DNA of 64,000 bases from Phycisphaerae bacterium (GTDB lineage: Bacteria; Planctomycetota; Phycisphaerae; SM23-33). The stretch spans positions 28,128 to 92,127 of the forward strand of contig JBAZTO010000005.1 of the NCBI GenBank assembly GCA_041661865.1, read 5' to 3'. Position 1 is the stretch's first letter, and every line of letters begins with the position of its first letter. A program made the translations under genes and the position numbers. Below the pieces are notes generated by a model that searched no databases, was not told where the DNA came from, and worked only from the letters and a program-made list of their open reading frames with translations. This document shows positions 55,593 through 63,620 of this stretch, in pieces.

Positions 55593-55979
55593 CTACAGTT
55601 GCTTCTTCGGCTCGCGAGAAACAGAGGGTGCGGCCAGCGTGAAGAGCACGACCTCCTCGCCGGTTACGGTGCTGATGTCATGGTGCAGGCTTACCACCTT
55701 GGCCCCGGTGATTCCGTGGATCATGGCCTCCAAGGCCGGCCTGGCGGTTTCCACCAACTGGGTCCGCACTTGCTTAAGCAGGTCGCGGCCCTTCTCGGCG
55801 GAGAGCTTGGCGACCAGATGCTGTTCGGCCGCCGTCGGGACGCCGTGGAGACGCACCAGGAGAAGATCGCCGCCAATCAGGTGGGCATGGATGTCCTTGG
55901 GACCACGGCCCATATATTCCTGTTCAAAGCGGCTGATCCCTTCGCAGATAGCCGCTTCGATCTCGCCCTGCGTCTTCAT
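55593..55979 (-). CDS. DUF2294 (MpsC-like) family protein, paralog 2
   Basis: It is near-identical to 46558..46938 over ~120 aa. A GAGGTG RBS precedes it. Confidence 0.75.
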   Translation of the reverse strand: MKTQGEIEAAICEGISRFEQEYMGRGPKDIHAHLIGGDLLLVRLHGVPTAAEQHLVAKLSAEKGRDLLKQVRTQLVETARPALEAMIHGITGAKVVSLHHDISTVTGEEVVLFTLAAPSVSREPKKQL

Positions 55980-56194
55980 AAGCACCTCAAATGCGCCGCA
56001 GTTCAAGAAACCAGAGGCAGGGAGGCACCCATCCCGATGCCCTGACAGAACAGAGACCTACATCTTTCCGGCCAGCCCGGATTCCATAGCCATGATAGCA
56101 GGCGCGGAACGCGATTTCCGGAATTAGCATATTTCGGTCACTCGCCGCGCTATGATATGACATGAGTTTAGCGGGGCGTATGCTGAAGCGTGTG

Positions 56195-56306
56195 CTCCGA
56201 ATCGGATGACTAGACGAAGGGCATCCCTGCCAAGCGGGGAGGCCTGTTGACGAGTAAGCCGATGTGGTTTTGCACCCTTGGGTGCGTAACCGCGTCGGCT
56301 TTTTTT
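56195..56306 (+). ncRNA. Candidate structured cis-regulatory RNA or small RNA, copy C, with intrinsic terminator
   Basis: It has the conserved core with ACGAAGG rather than ATGAAGG, hairpin ccctgccaagcgggg, and terminator gccgatgtgg...ccgcgtcggc plus T7. A TATGAT -10-like hexamer lies at 56151. Confidence 0.65.
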
Positions 56307-56359
56307 ATGGCTTGATGGCCCAGGAAGCGATGGCGGCGATGGATGATAGGAGAACAAAC

Positions 56360-56494
56360 ATGAACAGGACTTGGCTCGGCGTTATCGGCGCAATTCTGGC
56401 GGTTGTTGTCCTGGCGTGGCTGCTCGGCAGCAAGATGAGCTGCCATGAGAGCTTCTGGAACAAGGACAAGCAGGTCATCGAGATTAATCGGTGA
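56360..56494 (+). CDS. Small membrane protein (44 aa, MNRTWLGVIGAILAVVVLAWLLGSKMSCHESFWNKDKQVIEINR)
   Basis: It has a single TM helix and a weak GGAGAA RBS. It lies just downstream of RNA copy C. Confidence 0.4.
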   Translation: MNRTWLGVIGAILAVVVLAWLLGSKMSCHESFWNKDKQVIEINR

Positions 56495-56535
56495 GCTGGT
56501 TCTGCCCCCTGCACGAAGGCAACAGGAGCATGACC

Positions 56536-57714
56536 ATGGAAACTCGAACCCTCCCATCGCGGGGGCCGCCCGTGGCCCCAGGCAGGACTGGGCGTTGGAA
56601 GAGTGCGGCGCCAAGGCCTCTACCCTTCGCGAAGACTCCGCGGGAAGGCGAAACAGAAAGAGTTCCGGCGGCGGAAGGCGCGGATTCGCGGGAACAACCC
56701 ACGCCAGTTCGGTTCAAACCGAGCGAAGCTTATGAACTGTCCGGCGACCAGGTGGACGGCGCGGCCATTGCCCGAGCTGTCGACGCCATCGAGATCACCT
56801 GCGGCTATCGCTTCCTCCATGACTGGCTGGTCGTGCAAGGCTTCATCGAGGCCAGGCCGGGAGGCTTGCACCTGAGCCGATGGGACACCCTGCCGGAGTC
56901 GGGGCTTTTCCTGGCCTGGGCAGGGTCCAAACTGGTTGCGGTCCAGGCCGCCGTTCCAGAAGGACAGGACAAGGGCCTCCCGTCCGCCGGGCCGTTCTAC
57001 ATCGAGATCGGCAACCTTCGCCGCCGAGGGAGCCGGCTTTGCGAACTGGGCATGTCAGCCGTCACGCCGGCACTTCAGAAGAGCGTCCTCCCGGCGGAGA
57101 TGATTCGCTGCTGCGTGGCCCACGCCGTGGCCGCGGGATGCAGCCAGGTCGTCGCCACGGTCGATCCGTCGAAGGCGCGGCAATACTCCGACTGGGGCTT
57201 CAGTATCGCCAATCCCATCCGCGTGTTCTCCAGCGACATGCCTTTTCCAGCCGTGTTGGCCAGTCTGGACCTGGAGGCCCTTGCCAGGGCCGGGGGTGAG
57301 TCGGAAGTCTTCGCGGGTGGCCTGTCGCCACGGGATTACTACATAGATCGCAACCCCTACCTTCGCCACGCCGAACGGTGGTCGGTGCAGGCGGGTGACA
57401 CCTTCGGCAGCGCGGAATTTCTTCGCGAGTTGTTCGTGAGGCGGAGCGGCCTGCTGGAGCGGTGCAACGAAGAAGAATTGGCAACGATCTGCCGGGAGTG
57501 GGGCCGATCGTTGTTCGATCAGGTATGGACGGGGCCCGCGATCCCGGCATGGCGATCCGAGATGAGCGAGTCCGAACCGACCACGGGGCCGCGGGTTGCC
57601 GCGGTCGGCCGTCGCGGTCCAGCGTCGGGAAGCAGGCCACGTCCTCAACGCGGCAACCCGTCGCCCGTGGAGATGCATGCCGCACTGCTGCTGGCGGCTG
57701 GGAGCGTCTCGTAG
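56536..57714 (+). CDS. Hypothetical protein (~392 aa)
   Basis: A CAGGAG RBS lies 7 nt before the ATG at 56536. No family was recognised. Confidence 0.45.
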   Translation: METRTLPSRGPPVAPGRTGRWKSAAPRPLPFAKTPREGETERVPAAEGADSREQPTPVRFKPSEAYELSGDQVDGAAIARAVDAIEITCGYRFLHDWLVVQGFIEARPGGLHLSRWDTLPESGLFLAWAGSKLVAVQAAVPEGQDKGLPSAGPFYIEIGNLRRRGSRLCELGMSAVTPALQKSVLPAEMIRCCVAHAVAAGCSQVVATVDPSKARQYSDWGFSIANPIRVFSSDMPFPAVLASLDLEALARAGGESEVFAGGLSPRDYYIDRNPYLRHAERWSVQAGDTFGSAEFLRELFVRRSGLLERCNEEELATICREWGRSLFDQVWTGPAIPAWRSEMSESEPTTGPRVAAVGRRGPASGSRPRPQRGNPSPVEMHAALLLAAGSVS

Positions 57715-57806
57715 AAGGGTCGGAAACATTAAATTGATTAATAACCCTTTTGACCCGACTCCGCTGCCTACAATGGCACATCTGGAGATCAGGCCAAGCG
57801 AGCCGG

Positions 57807-57920
57807 CTCCGGGTCGGATGACTAGATGAAGGGCAGCCCCGTTGTGACGGGAGGCCCGTTGACGAGTAAGCCGACGTGGTTTTACACCCTTGGGTGTTCA
57901 GCCGCGTCGGCTCTTTTTTT
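57807..57920 (+). ncRNA. Candidate structured cis-regulatory RNA or small RNA, copy D, with intrinsic terminator
   Basis: It has the conserved core, hairpin cccgttgtgacggg, and terminator gccgacgtgg...ccgcgtcggc plus T7. A TTGACC-N12-TACAAT element lies at 57751-57774. Confidence 0.65.
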
Positions 57921-58135
57921 GTTTCAGGCCGGTGCGAAACGTCGCGGTGGCAAAAGACTGAAGCCTATGATCGCATATAGATTTACCATAACGCAGCAGG
58001 TCGCCCAGGCGGCTGTCGCATACCGGCGGCGGAGCGCGGGTTACGTGTGTGCGTCGGCGGCCTTGAGCGTTCAAACCTCCACAATCCTGTTTACTCGGTG
58101 GTACGGGGGCCCCGTGACCACCCATGAGGAGTCCA

Positions 58136-58594
58136 ATGGACACGTCCCAATCAAATATGGCGCAGCAGGTGGCACAGGCTGTGATGGCCTTCCAGCAGAA
58201 GATGACCGGCCATGCGCCTAAGGCGGTCACCGTGGTCCTGAGTCAGGACACTCTGGTGGTCACGCTGCACGAGGCCCTGTCGCCGGCAGAGAGAGACATG
58301 GCCAAGAGCCCCTCAGGCGCCGCGACGGTGCAGGAGTTTCACCGCCAGCTCTTCTTCAATTCCTCCCAGTCGTTGCGGGAGGAGATCAAGAGGATCACCG
58401 GCGTGGAAGTGCGGGAAGTTGTCGCGGAAGTCGAGCCTTCGACGGGGGCGATGGTGTGCGCCTTCGCGAGCGGGACCATGGTGCAGGTGTTCCAACTCGC
58501 CCAGGGCATCCCCGCGGACACCTGGAACAAGAGCGGATCAACGGATCAGCCGGGTTCCATGCGGGACAAACCGAAAGAGGCAGGTGCAAGATGA
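58136..58594 (+). CDS. DUF2294 (MpsC-like) family protein, paralog 3 (divergent)
   Basis: It shares the family core VTVVLSQDTLVVTLHEALSPAERDMAKSPSGAATVQEFHRQLF. A GAGGAG RBS precedes the ATG at 58136. Confidence 0.7.
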   Translation: MDTSQSNMAQQVAQAVMAFQQKMTGHAPKAVTVVLSQDTLVVTLHEALSPAERDMAKSPSGAATVQEFHRQLFFNSSQSLREEIKRITGVEVREVVAEVEPSTGAMVCAFASGTMVQVFQLAQGIPADTWNKSGSTDQPGSMRDKPKEAGAR

Positions 58595-58631
58595 AGCCTA
58601 TGATGAGAGGGACAGGTGCAAGATGAAGCCT
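58578..58631 (+). repeat. 23-nt tandem duplication spanning the DUF2294-3 stop codon and creating the start codon of the next gene
   Basis: caggtgcaagatgaagcctatga occurs at 58578-58600 and again at 58609-58631. Confidence 0.7.
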
Positions 58632-58841
58632 ATGACAATTATCGGTATTGTTCTCATAGTCCTGGGCGTGGCCGGCCTGGTCTTCCAGGGCATCAGTTAC
58701 ACGACGACCGAGAAGGTCGTGGACCTCCCGGGCCTCCAGGTCAATGCCGAAAAGGAAAAGACGATCCCAATTCCGGCCATCGTGGGCGGGTTGGCGCTGG
58801 CCGGCGGCGTGGCAATCGTGGTCGCGTCGCGGAAGACGTAG
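58623..58841 (+). CDS. Small membrane protein (72 aa)
   Basis: MKPMTIIGIVLIVLGVAGLVF...IVGGLALAGGVAIVVASRKT has two hydrophobic helices. A GAGAGGGA RBS precedes it. Confidence 0.5.
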   Translation: MKPMTIIGIVLIVLGVAGLVFQGISYTTTEKVVDLPGLQVNAEKEKTIPIPAIVGGLALAGGVAIVVASRKT

Positions 58842-59044
58842 CGCGGCGAGAGTGGTCTGTCAGGCATGGATTGATGGGTGGCACAGGCTTTCGAGCCTGT
58901 GTATGCACAGCCTGGAAAGGCTGTGCCACCGGGCATGCCCATCAGTTGACGGCTGACAGACCAGTGGAACGTCGCGGCGAGATCCGGGAAGAACCGGACA
59001 GCCGGGTGACGAGGAATGCGACGTCATAACAGAAAGGGCTACAC

Positions 59045-59266
59045 ATGAGTACGATCGGCAAGAGATTACTGGGTCTCCTTTTGATCCTGATGGTAGCGAT
59101 ACCGCTGGGGTGCGTGAACATCAACGACGGCCCGCGGGAACATCGATCGGAACGACATACGGAAGTCGGCGGCCGACATGGTGTCGTCGTGGATCGCTCG
59201 GACTCCGGAACTGACGTAAAGGTCGGTGGCGACCACGGCGTCGTTGTGGATCATCCGCGGGACTAG
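59045..59266 (+). CDS. Small lipoprotein (73 aa) with a repeated HGVVVD motif
   Basis: It has the lipobox IPLGC and a duplicated GGRHGVVVDRSDSG / GGDHGVVVDHPRD segment. Confidence 0.45.
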   Translation: MSTIGKRLLGLLLILMVAIPLGCVNINDGPREHRSERHTEVGGRHGVVVDRSDSGTDVKVGGDHGVVVDHPRD

Positions 59267-59372
59267 ACGGCTGGAGACCGGCGACGACGCCGGCAACTCC
59301 GAGTATCAGCGGGAGTTGCGGTCCGGGAAGCCGCATATCAGTTCCCCTAATCCCATTTGAAGGAGAAGCACC

Positions 59373-59771
59373 ATGAACAAGCTTGTGGTAGTAGCGTTAA
59401 TGGCCGCGGTCGCTCTTGTGGGCTGCAAGAAGAGCGAAGAGGGCGGCCGAGCCGGGAACGACACGTTCAAGGTCGTCGTCCCAGCCATGTCCACCGATGT
59501 CAAGCAGGGTGAGTTTCAAAGCGTCCGCGTGTCGGTGGAGCGAGGCGAGGGATTCAAGCAGGCGGTCAAACTGGAAGTGAAAGCCCCCACGGGTCTGCAA
59601 GTTGATCCCGATAGCACCACGGTGCAGCCAGGCGACAAGGGCGAGGTGCAATTGAAGATCACGGCCGCCAAGGACGCCCCCCTGGGCGATCAGAAGATCA
59701 TGGTCAAAGGCACGCCGGACAAGGGCGAGTCCGTGGAACTGGAGTTCAAGGTTACAGTCGGCGCCAAGTGA
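59373..59771 (+). CDS. Lipoprotein, paralog A of a tandem pair
   Basis: It has the lipobox LVGC and a shared architecture with 59842..60243 (FKV..P.....VKQGE..SV..SV.RG..FK..V.LE......G..V.P....V....). An RBS is present. Confidence 0.55.
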   Translation: MNKLVVVALMAAVALVGCKKSEEGGRAGNDTFKVVVPAMSTDVKQGEFQSVRVSVERGEGFKQAVKLEVKAPTGLQVDPDSTTVQPGDKGEVQLKITAAKDAPLGDQKIMVKGTPDKGESVELEFKVTVGAK

Positions 59772-59841
59772 CGCTGCCGCCGTCCCTCGATGGGCAACGG
59801 CGATTATTGGGCAAGGTCCATTTTGAGAAAGGGAAGTAAGT

Positions 59842-60243
59842 ATGAAAACGACACTACTGATCGTGATGGCACTGGCCGTGACAGTCGCACTGGGTTGCGA
59901 GAGCCCCCGAGGCGGGGGCATGTCCGGTGGCGAAGGGTTCAAGATCGGCACTCCGACCTTCACCACACAGGTCAAGCAGGGCGAAACCGAAAGCGTGACC
60001 ATCTCGGTGAACAGAGGTAAGTATTTCAAGCGGGACGTGACCCTGGAAATCAATGCGTCCAAGGGCATCAGCGTCGAACCGACCCAGGCCACGGTTAAAG
60101 GGAACGAGACACCGGACGTGCATCTTCGGATTACGGCGGCCAAGGACGCGGATCTTGGCGAATACAAGGTCTATGTGAAGGGCACGCCGGAAAGCGGAGA
60201 GGCGACCTCGACGGAGATCACGGTGAAGGTCGTCTCCCCGTAA
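59842..60243 (+). CDS. Lipoprotein, paralog B of a tandem pair
   Basis: It has the lipobox ALGC and the same pattern as paralog A (...ITAAKDA.LG..K..VKGTP..GE...E..V.V). Confidence 0.55.
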   Translation: MKTTLLIVMALAVTVALGCESPRGGGMSGGEGFKIGTPTFTTQVKQGETESVTISVNRGKYFKRDVTLEINASKGISVEPTQATVKGNETPDVHLRITAAKDADLGEYKVYVKGTPESGEATSTEITVKVVSP

Positions 60244-60350
60244 TCGCCGGCAGGCCGTTTCGGCACGGCCGGATGAATAGCGCGGATAGGTCCGTCGCCG
60301 AATCGCACCCTGTGCGATGAACGGGCAGAACTGCGGAAAGGAACGTCATC

Positions 60351-60503
60351 ATGCTTTGGACGTTAGTCGTCATATTGCTGGTGTTGTGGCTGTTGGGAAT
60401 GATCACGTCCTACACGCTCAGCGGGTTTATCCACATCCTGCTGGTGGTGGCGCTGATCGTCGTGCTGGTGCGGGTGATCCAGGGGCGGCGGGTGATACCG
60501 TAG
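60351..60503 (+). CDS. Lmo0937-family small membrane protein (50 aa)
   Basis: MLWTLVVILLVLWLLGMITSYTLSGFIHILLVVALIVVLVRVIQGRR matches the Lmo0937 family pattern. Confidence 0.6.
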   Translation: MLWTLVVILLVLWLLGMITSYTLSGFIHILLVVALIVVLVRVIQGRRVIP

Positions 60504-60568
60504 GGCCGGCCTCGGACGCCCGGAAACATACACCGCGTGGAAAATGATCGCACTGAGGAGAATGTCTT

Positions 60569-62278
60569 ATGACTCATAACCGTGTCACATTGGCCATGAT
60601 GGGCGTGTTCATAGTCGTCGTCTGTGGGCAATGGGCGGGCCAGGCCGTCGGGGACGTGAATGTTGATGTGGGCGGGGTCCGTGTTCACGTCGGAGAGGGC
60701 CAGCCGCCCCCTCCGGAGGAAATCGTGGTGCTGACACGCGGCCCGCTTCATGAGGCCTTCGCCCAGCCCGTCATATTGGACGAGGGGGAGGCCTTCATGA
60801 TCGCCAACAGGCCGCCGGCGCCGCTGGATGAGATGGTTCCCGACGAGAAGCCCGAGGGCAACCACATCGTCTGGATCCCGGGATATTGGAGTTGGGACAC
60901 AGATCGCAACGACTTCATCTGGGTCTCCGGCTGCTGGCGCGCCGTTCCGCCCAACAGAAGTTGGGTTCCAGGCTATTGGGCCCAGGTCAGGGGAGGCTAC
61001 CAGTGGATCGCCGGCTTCTGGACCACGGCCGATGCCGAGGAGATCGAATACCTCCCAACGCCGCCGGCAACTCTGGAAGAAGGTCCGCCACCCGGCGAGG
61101 GTTCCCCCAGCGGCATCTGGATACCGGGCTGCTGGGTCCGTCACGACGGCCGTTACGCCTGGCGTCCGGGATTCTGGGAGCCCGCTCGACCCCATTGGGT
61201 TTGGCAGCCGGCGTATTACGTCGCCACGCCGCGCGGATGGGTCTATGTGGAGGGCTATTGGGACTATTCGCTCGATCGTCGAGGCGTGGCGTTTCTGCCG
61301 ATCTATGCCCCTTCCCGCCTGTATGGCCGGTCGGACTTCCGGTACTCCCCCGATATGGTTCTCGACCTGAATACCCTGATGCTCAACCTGTTCATCTCGC
61401 CGCGGCGGCATCATTACTACTACGGCGACTACTACGGAGCGGAGTACTCGCGGGAAGGCTACCGTCCGTGGTATGAAGTGCGCGATCATCACGACTGGTA
61501 TGACCCGATCTATGTCCACCAGCGGTGGGAACATCGTGATGACCACCAATGGGGCGAGCATCAGCGCGAGGGATATGACCGCCGCCGTGACAACAAGGAT
61601 CTCCGTCCGGCCAGGACCTACGAAGCCATGAGGACTCAGTCCGCCCACCTGCCGGAGAAAGACCGCAGGGAGGTGCAACTGGCCCGGCCGATGAGGGAAG
61701 TTGTCTCGGAAAAGACCACGCCGTTCAAGTACGAGAAGCTCGACACAAAACGTCGCGATGAAGCCGTCAGTCGCGAAAAGGAAGTGCATGCCTACAAGGA
61801 CAAGCGAGCGCAGTGGGAATCGACTTCCGCGGTGTCCAAGGATGGGCGGGAACCCAGGGAACGCACTGTGCAAAGGGACGTCGTAACGTCCAAGGAACCG
61901 GATCGCACGTCCCCCAGGGAATCGCAGAAACAACCCGTGAAGGACGTAACGCCGGATGACAAATCGCGGACGCTCAACCGGGGCGATGTGGCCGGGGATC
62001 AGTCTGCCGCGCGGGATGCTCAGCCCCAGAAGGTGAAGATTCCCAAGTCGCCGACGGTGGTCCGTGAATCGGTGCGCGATAAGGATCTGACGGCTCCGCC
62101 CAAGCCGAAGGAACCCAAGGCCGATCCGGAGGCCCGACAAAAGAATGCGAAGGATGCGACGGATCGTTCAAAGGATAATGAACGCTCGGCCAAGGACAAA
62201 TCGGACAAAGATAACACAGACAAAGACAACTCAGACAAGGATAAGTCGGATAAGGACAAGTCTGAGTCGAAAAAGTAG
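60569..62278 (+). CDS. Secreted Trp-rich repeat protein with a long Lys/Asp/Glu-rich disordered C-terminal tail
   Basis: It has a signal peptide and at least five W.PG.W-type repeats (WIPGYWSW, WVPGYWAQ, WIPGCWVRH, WRPGFWEP, YVEGYWDY). It has a Tyr-rich HHYYYGDYYG segment and an SDKDK repeat tail. The antisense ORF 60410..62140 is judged spurious. Confidence 0.6.
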   Translation: MTHNRVTLAMMGVFIVVVCGQWAGQAVGDVNVDVGGVRVHVGEGQPPPPEEIVVLTRGPLHEAFAQPVILDEGEAFMIANRPPAPLDEMVPDEKPEGNHIVWIPGYWSWDTDRNDFIWVSGCWRAVPPNRSWVPGYWAQVRGGYQWIAGFWTTADAEEIEYLPTPPATLEEGPPPGEGSPSGIWIPGCWVRHDGRYAWRPGFWEPARPHWVWQPAYYVATPRGWVYVEGYWDYSLDRRGVAFLPIYAPSRLYGRSDFRYSPDMVLDLNTLMLNLFISPRRHHYYYGDYYGAEYSREGYRPWYEVRDHHDWYDPIYVHQRWEHRDDHQWGEHQREGYDRRRDNKDLRPARTYEAMRTQSAHLPEKDRREVQLARPMREVVSEKTTPFKYEKLDTKRRDEAVSREKEVHAYKDKRAQWESTSAVSKDGREPRERTVQRDVVTSKEPDRTSPRESQKQPVKDVTPDDKSRTLNRGDVAGDQSAARDAQPQKVKIPKSPTVVRESVRDKDLTAPPKPKEPKADPEARQKNAKDATDRSKDNERSAKDKSDKDNTDKDNSDKDKSDKDKSESKK

Positions 62279-62433
62279 TACGAGTTTTCTCGTTTTCGAT
62301 CAACGCAAGGTGGAGGCGACCCACGTGTCGCCTCCACCCACCCCTGCCACGGATGGCGCGCCCGACGAAGGGGCGACGGATGTCGCTGTCCGCCGTTGGC
62401 CTGTCTCTGACAGCGACCAAGGCAGGATGTGCC

Positions 62434-63600
62434 ATGACTCAATGCATTTTCATAACCGGAGCACGAGGTTTTCTGGGGCGGAACCTGTTGCAGGCGGCGG
62501 CGAAGCGGTTCCCGCGGGCCTCTTTCGTCCTGCTGGCCAGGTCCGTGCAGGCCGCTGAAGATCTCCGCGGCAGGTTCAGATGGCTTGGCCGCGACAGACT
62601 CAAGATCCTCCAGGGCGATATTCTTCATTCGGGCCTCGGCCTGGCCTCCGGCGAGTCCGCAATGCTGGCCTCGGTGAACGAGGTGTGGCACCTGGCGGCA
62701 TCGACCAGCTTCGACGACCGGGAAACGGCGGCCACCCACCAGAGCAATGTCGTCGGCACACAGAACGTGCTGGCGGTCGCCTGTGGCCTGAGGAAACTCG
62801 ATCGATTCGTGTACGTCAGCACTGCCTATGTTGCAGGGACCAATCCGGGGCCCATTGCGGAGGACGAACTGCCTTCCCGCGGCGGCTTCAGGAACGCCTA
62901 TGAGGCTACCAAGTGGGAGGCGGAGCGGACCGTTCGGCAATCCCCCTTGCCTTACACGATTTTTCGGCCCAGCATCATCATGGGAAACTCGCGGACCTAC
63001 GATCCGCAGGGCGAGCGGCGGATGATCTACGGATACCTGCTGGGCATCTATTATTCCGTGCTTCGCGAGTGCAAGAGGCGACGGATCGACTTCGCCCGCG
63101 GGTGGCGCGGTGGGCGCGATCTGGAACTGGATCTGCGGCTGCTGGGGAACGAAGCGGCGACCAAGAACTTTGTCTGTATCGACGACGTGACGTCCAGCAT
63201 GCTGCATATTCTCGACACGGCGACCGTCCTGAAGTCGTACCACCTGACCAGCGCCCGGCCGATTGAAGGGCTGGCCCTGTGGCGGTGCATCGAAAAAGCG
63301 ATGAGGATCCGCGGAGTCCGTTACGTGGGGGAGACGATCGAGAATCCCACCTCGCTTGAGCGTAATGTCATGAGCTACACGGCTCCGTTCCTGCCCTATA
63401 GCATCAATCCCGACCCCGTGTGGCTGTTGACCAACACGGACAAGGCCCTGGGCTGGCAGCACGCCCGCACACCGATGAACGAGACCGTTCTGGCGGGCCT
63501 GCTGGAACACTTCATGGCGGAGGAAGTGTCCACGCGGCAAGTGATGGCTGAGGAAGCCACGGCAGTCCCCGATGAGGCGGTCATGCTGGCCAGCGCCTGA
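62434..63600 (+). CDS. NAD(P)-dependent epimerase/reductase (SDR superfamily, thioester-reductase-like)
   Basis: It has the Rossmann motif ITGARGFLG, the YVSTAYV region and a Y...K catalytic pair (YEATK). Confidence 0.7.
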   Translation: MTQCIFITGARGFLGRNLLQAAAKRFPRASFVLLARSVQAAEDLRGRFRWLGRDRLKILQGDILHSGLGLASGESAMLASVNEVWHLAASTSFDDRETAATHQSNVVGTQNVLAVACGLRKLDRFVYVSTAYVAGTNPGPIAEDELPSRGGFRNAYEATKWEAERTVRQSPLPYTIFRPSIIMGNSRTYDPQGERRMIYGYLLGIYYSVLRECKRRRIDFARGWRGGRDLELDLRLLGNEAATKNFVCIDDVTSSMLHILDTATVLKSYHLTSARPIEGLALWRCIEKAMRIRGVRYVGETIENPTSLERNVMSYTAPFLPYSINPDPVWLLTNTDKALGWQHARTPMNETVLAGLLEHFMAEEVSTRQVMAEEATAVPDEAVMLASA

Positions 63601-63620
63601 ACTCCACGCGCGGGAGCCCA

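Noticed and set aside
55571-55593. gcgcggggc-aggca-gccccgccc hairpin overlapping the DUF2294-2 stop as a terminator
   Set aside because: No T-tract follows on the minus strand. It may be a rho-dependent or stabilising hairpin, but this is not supportable from sequence alone.
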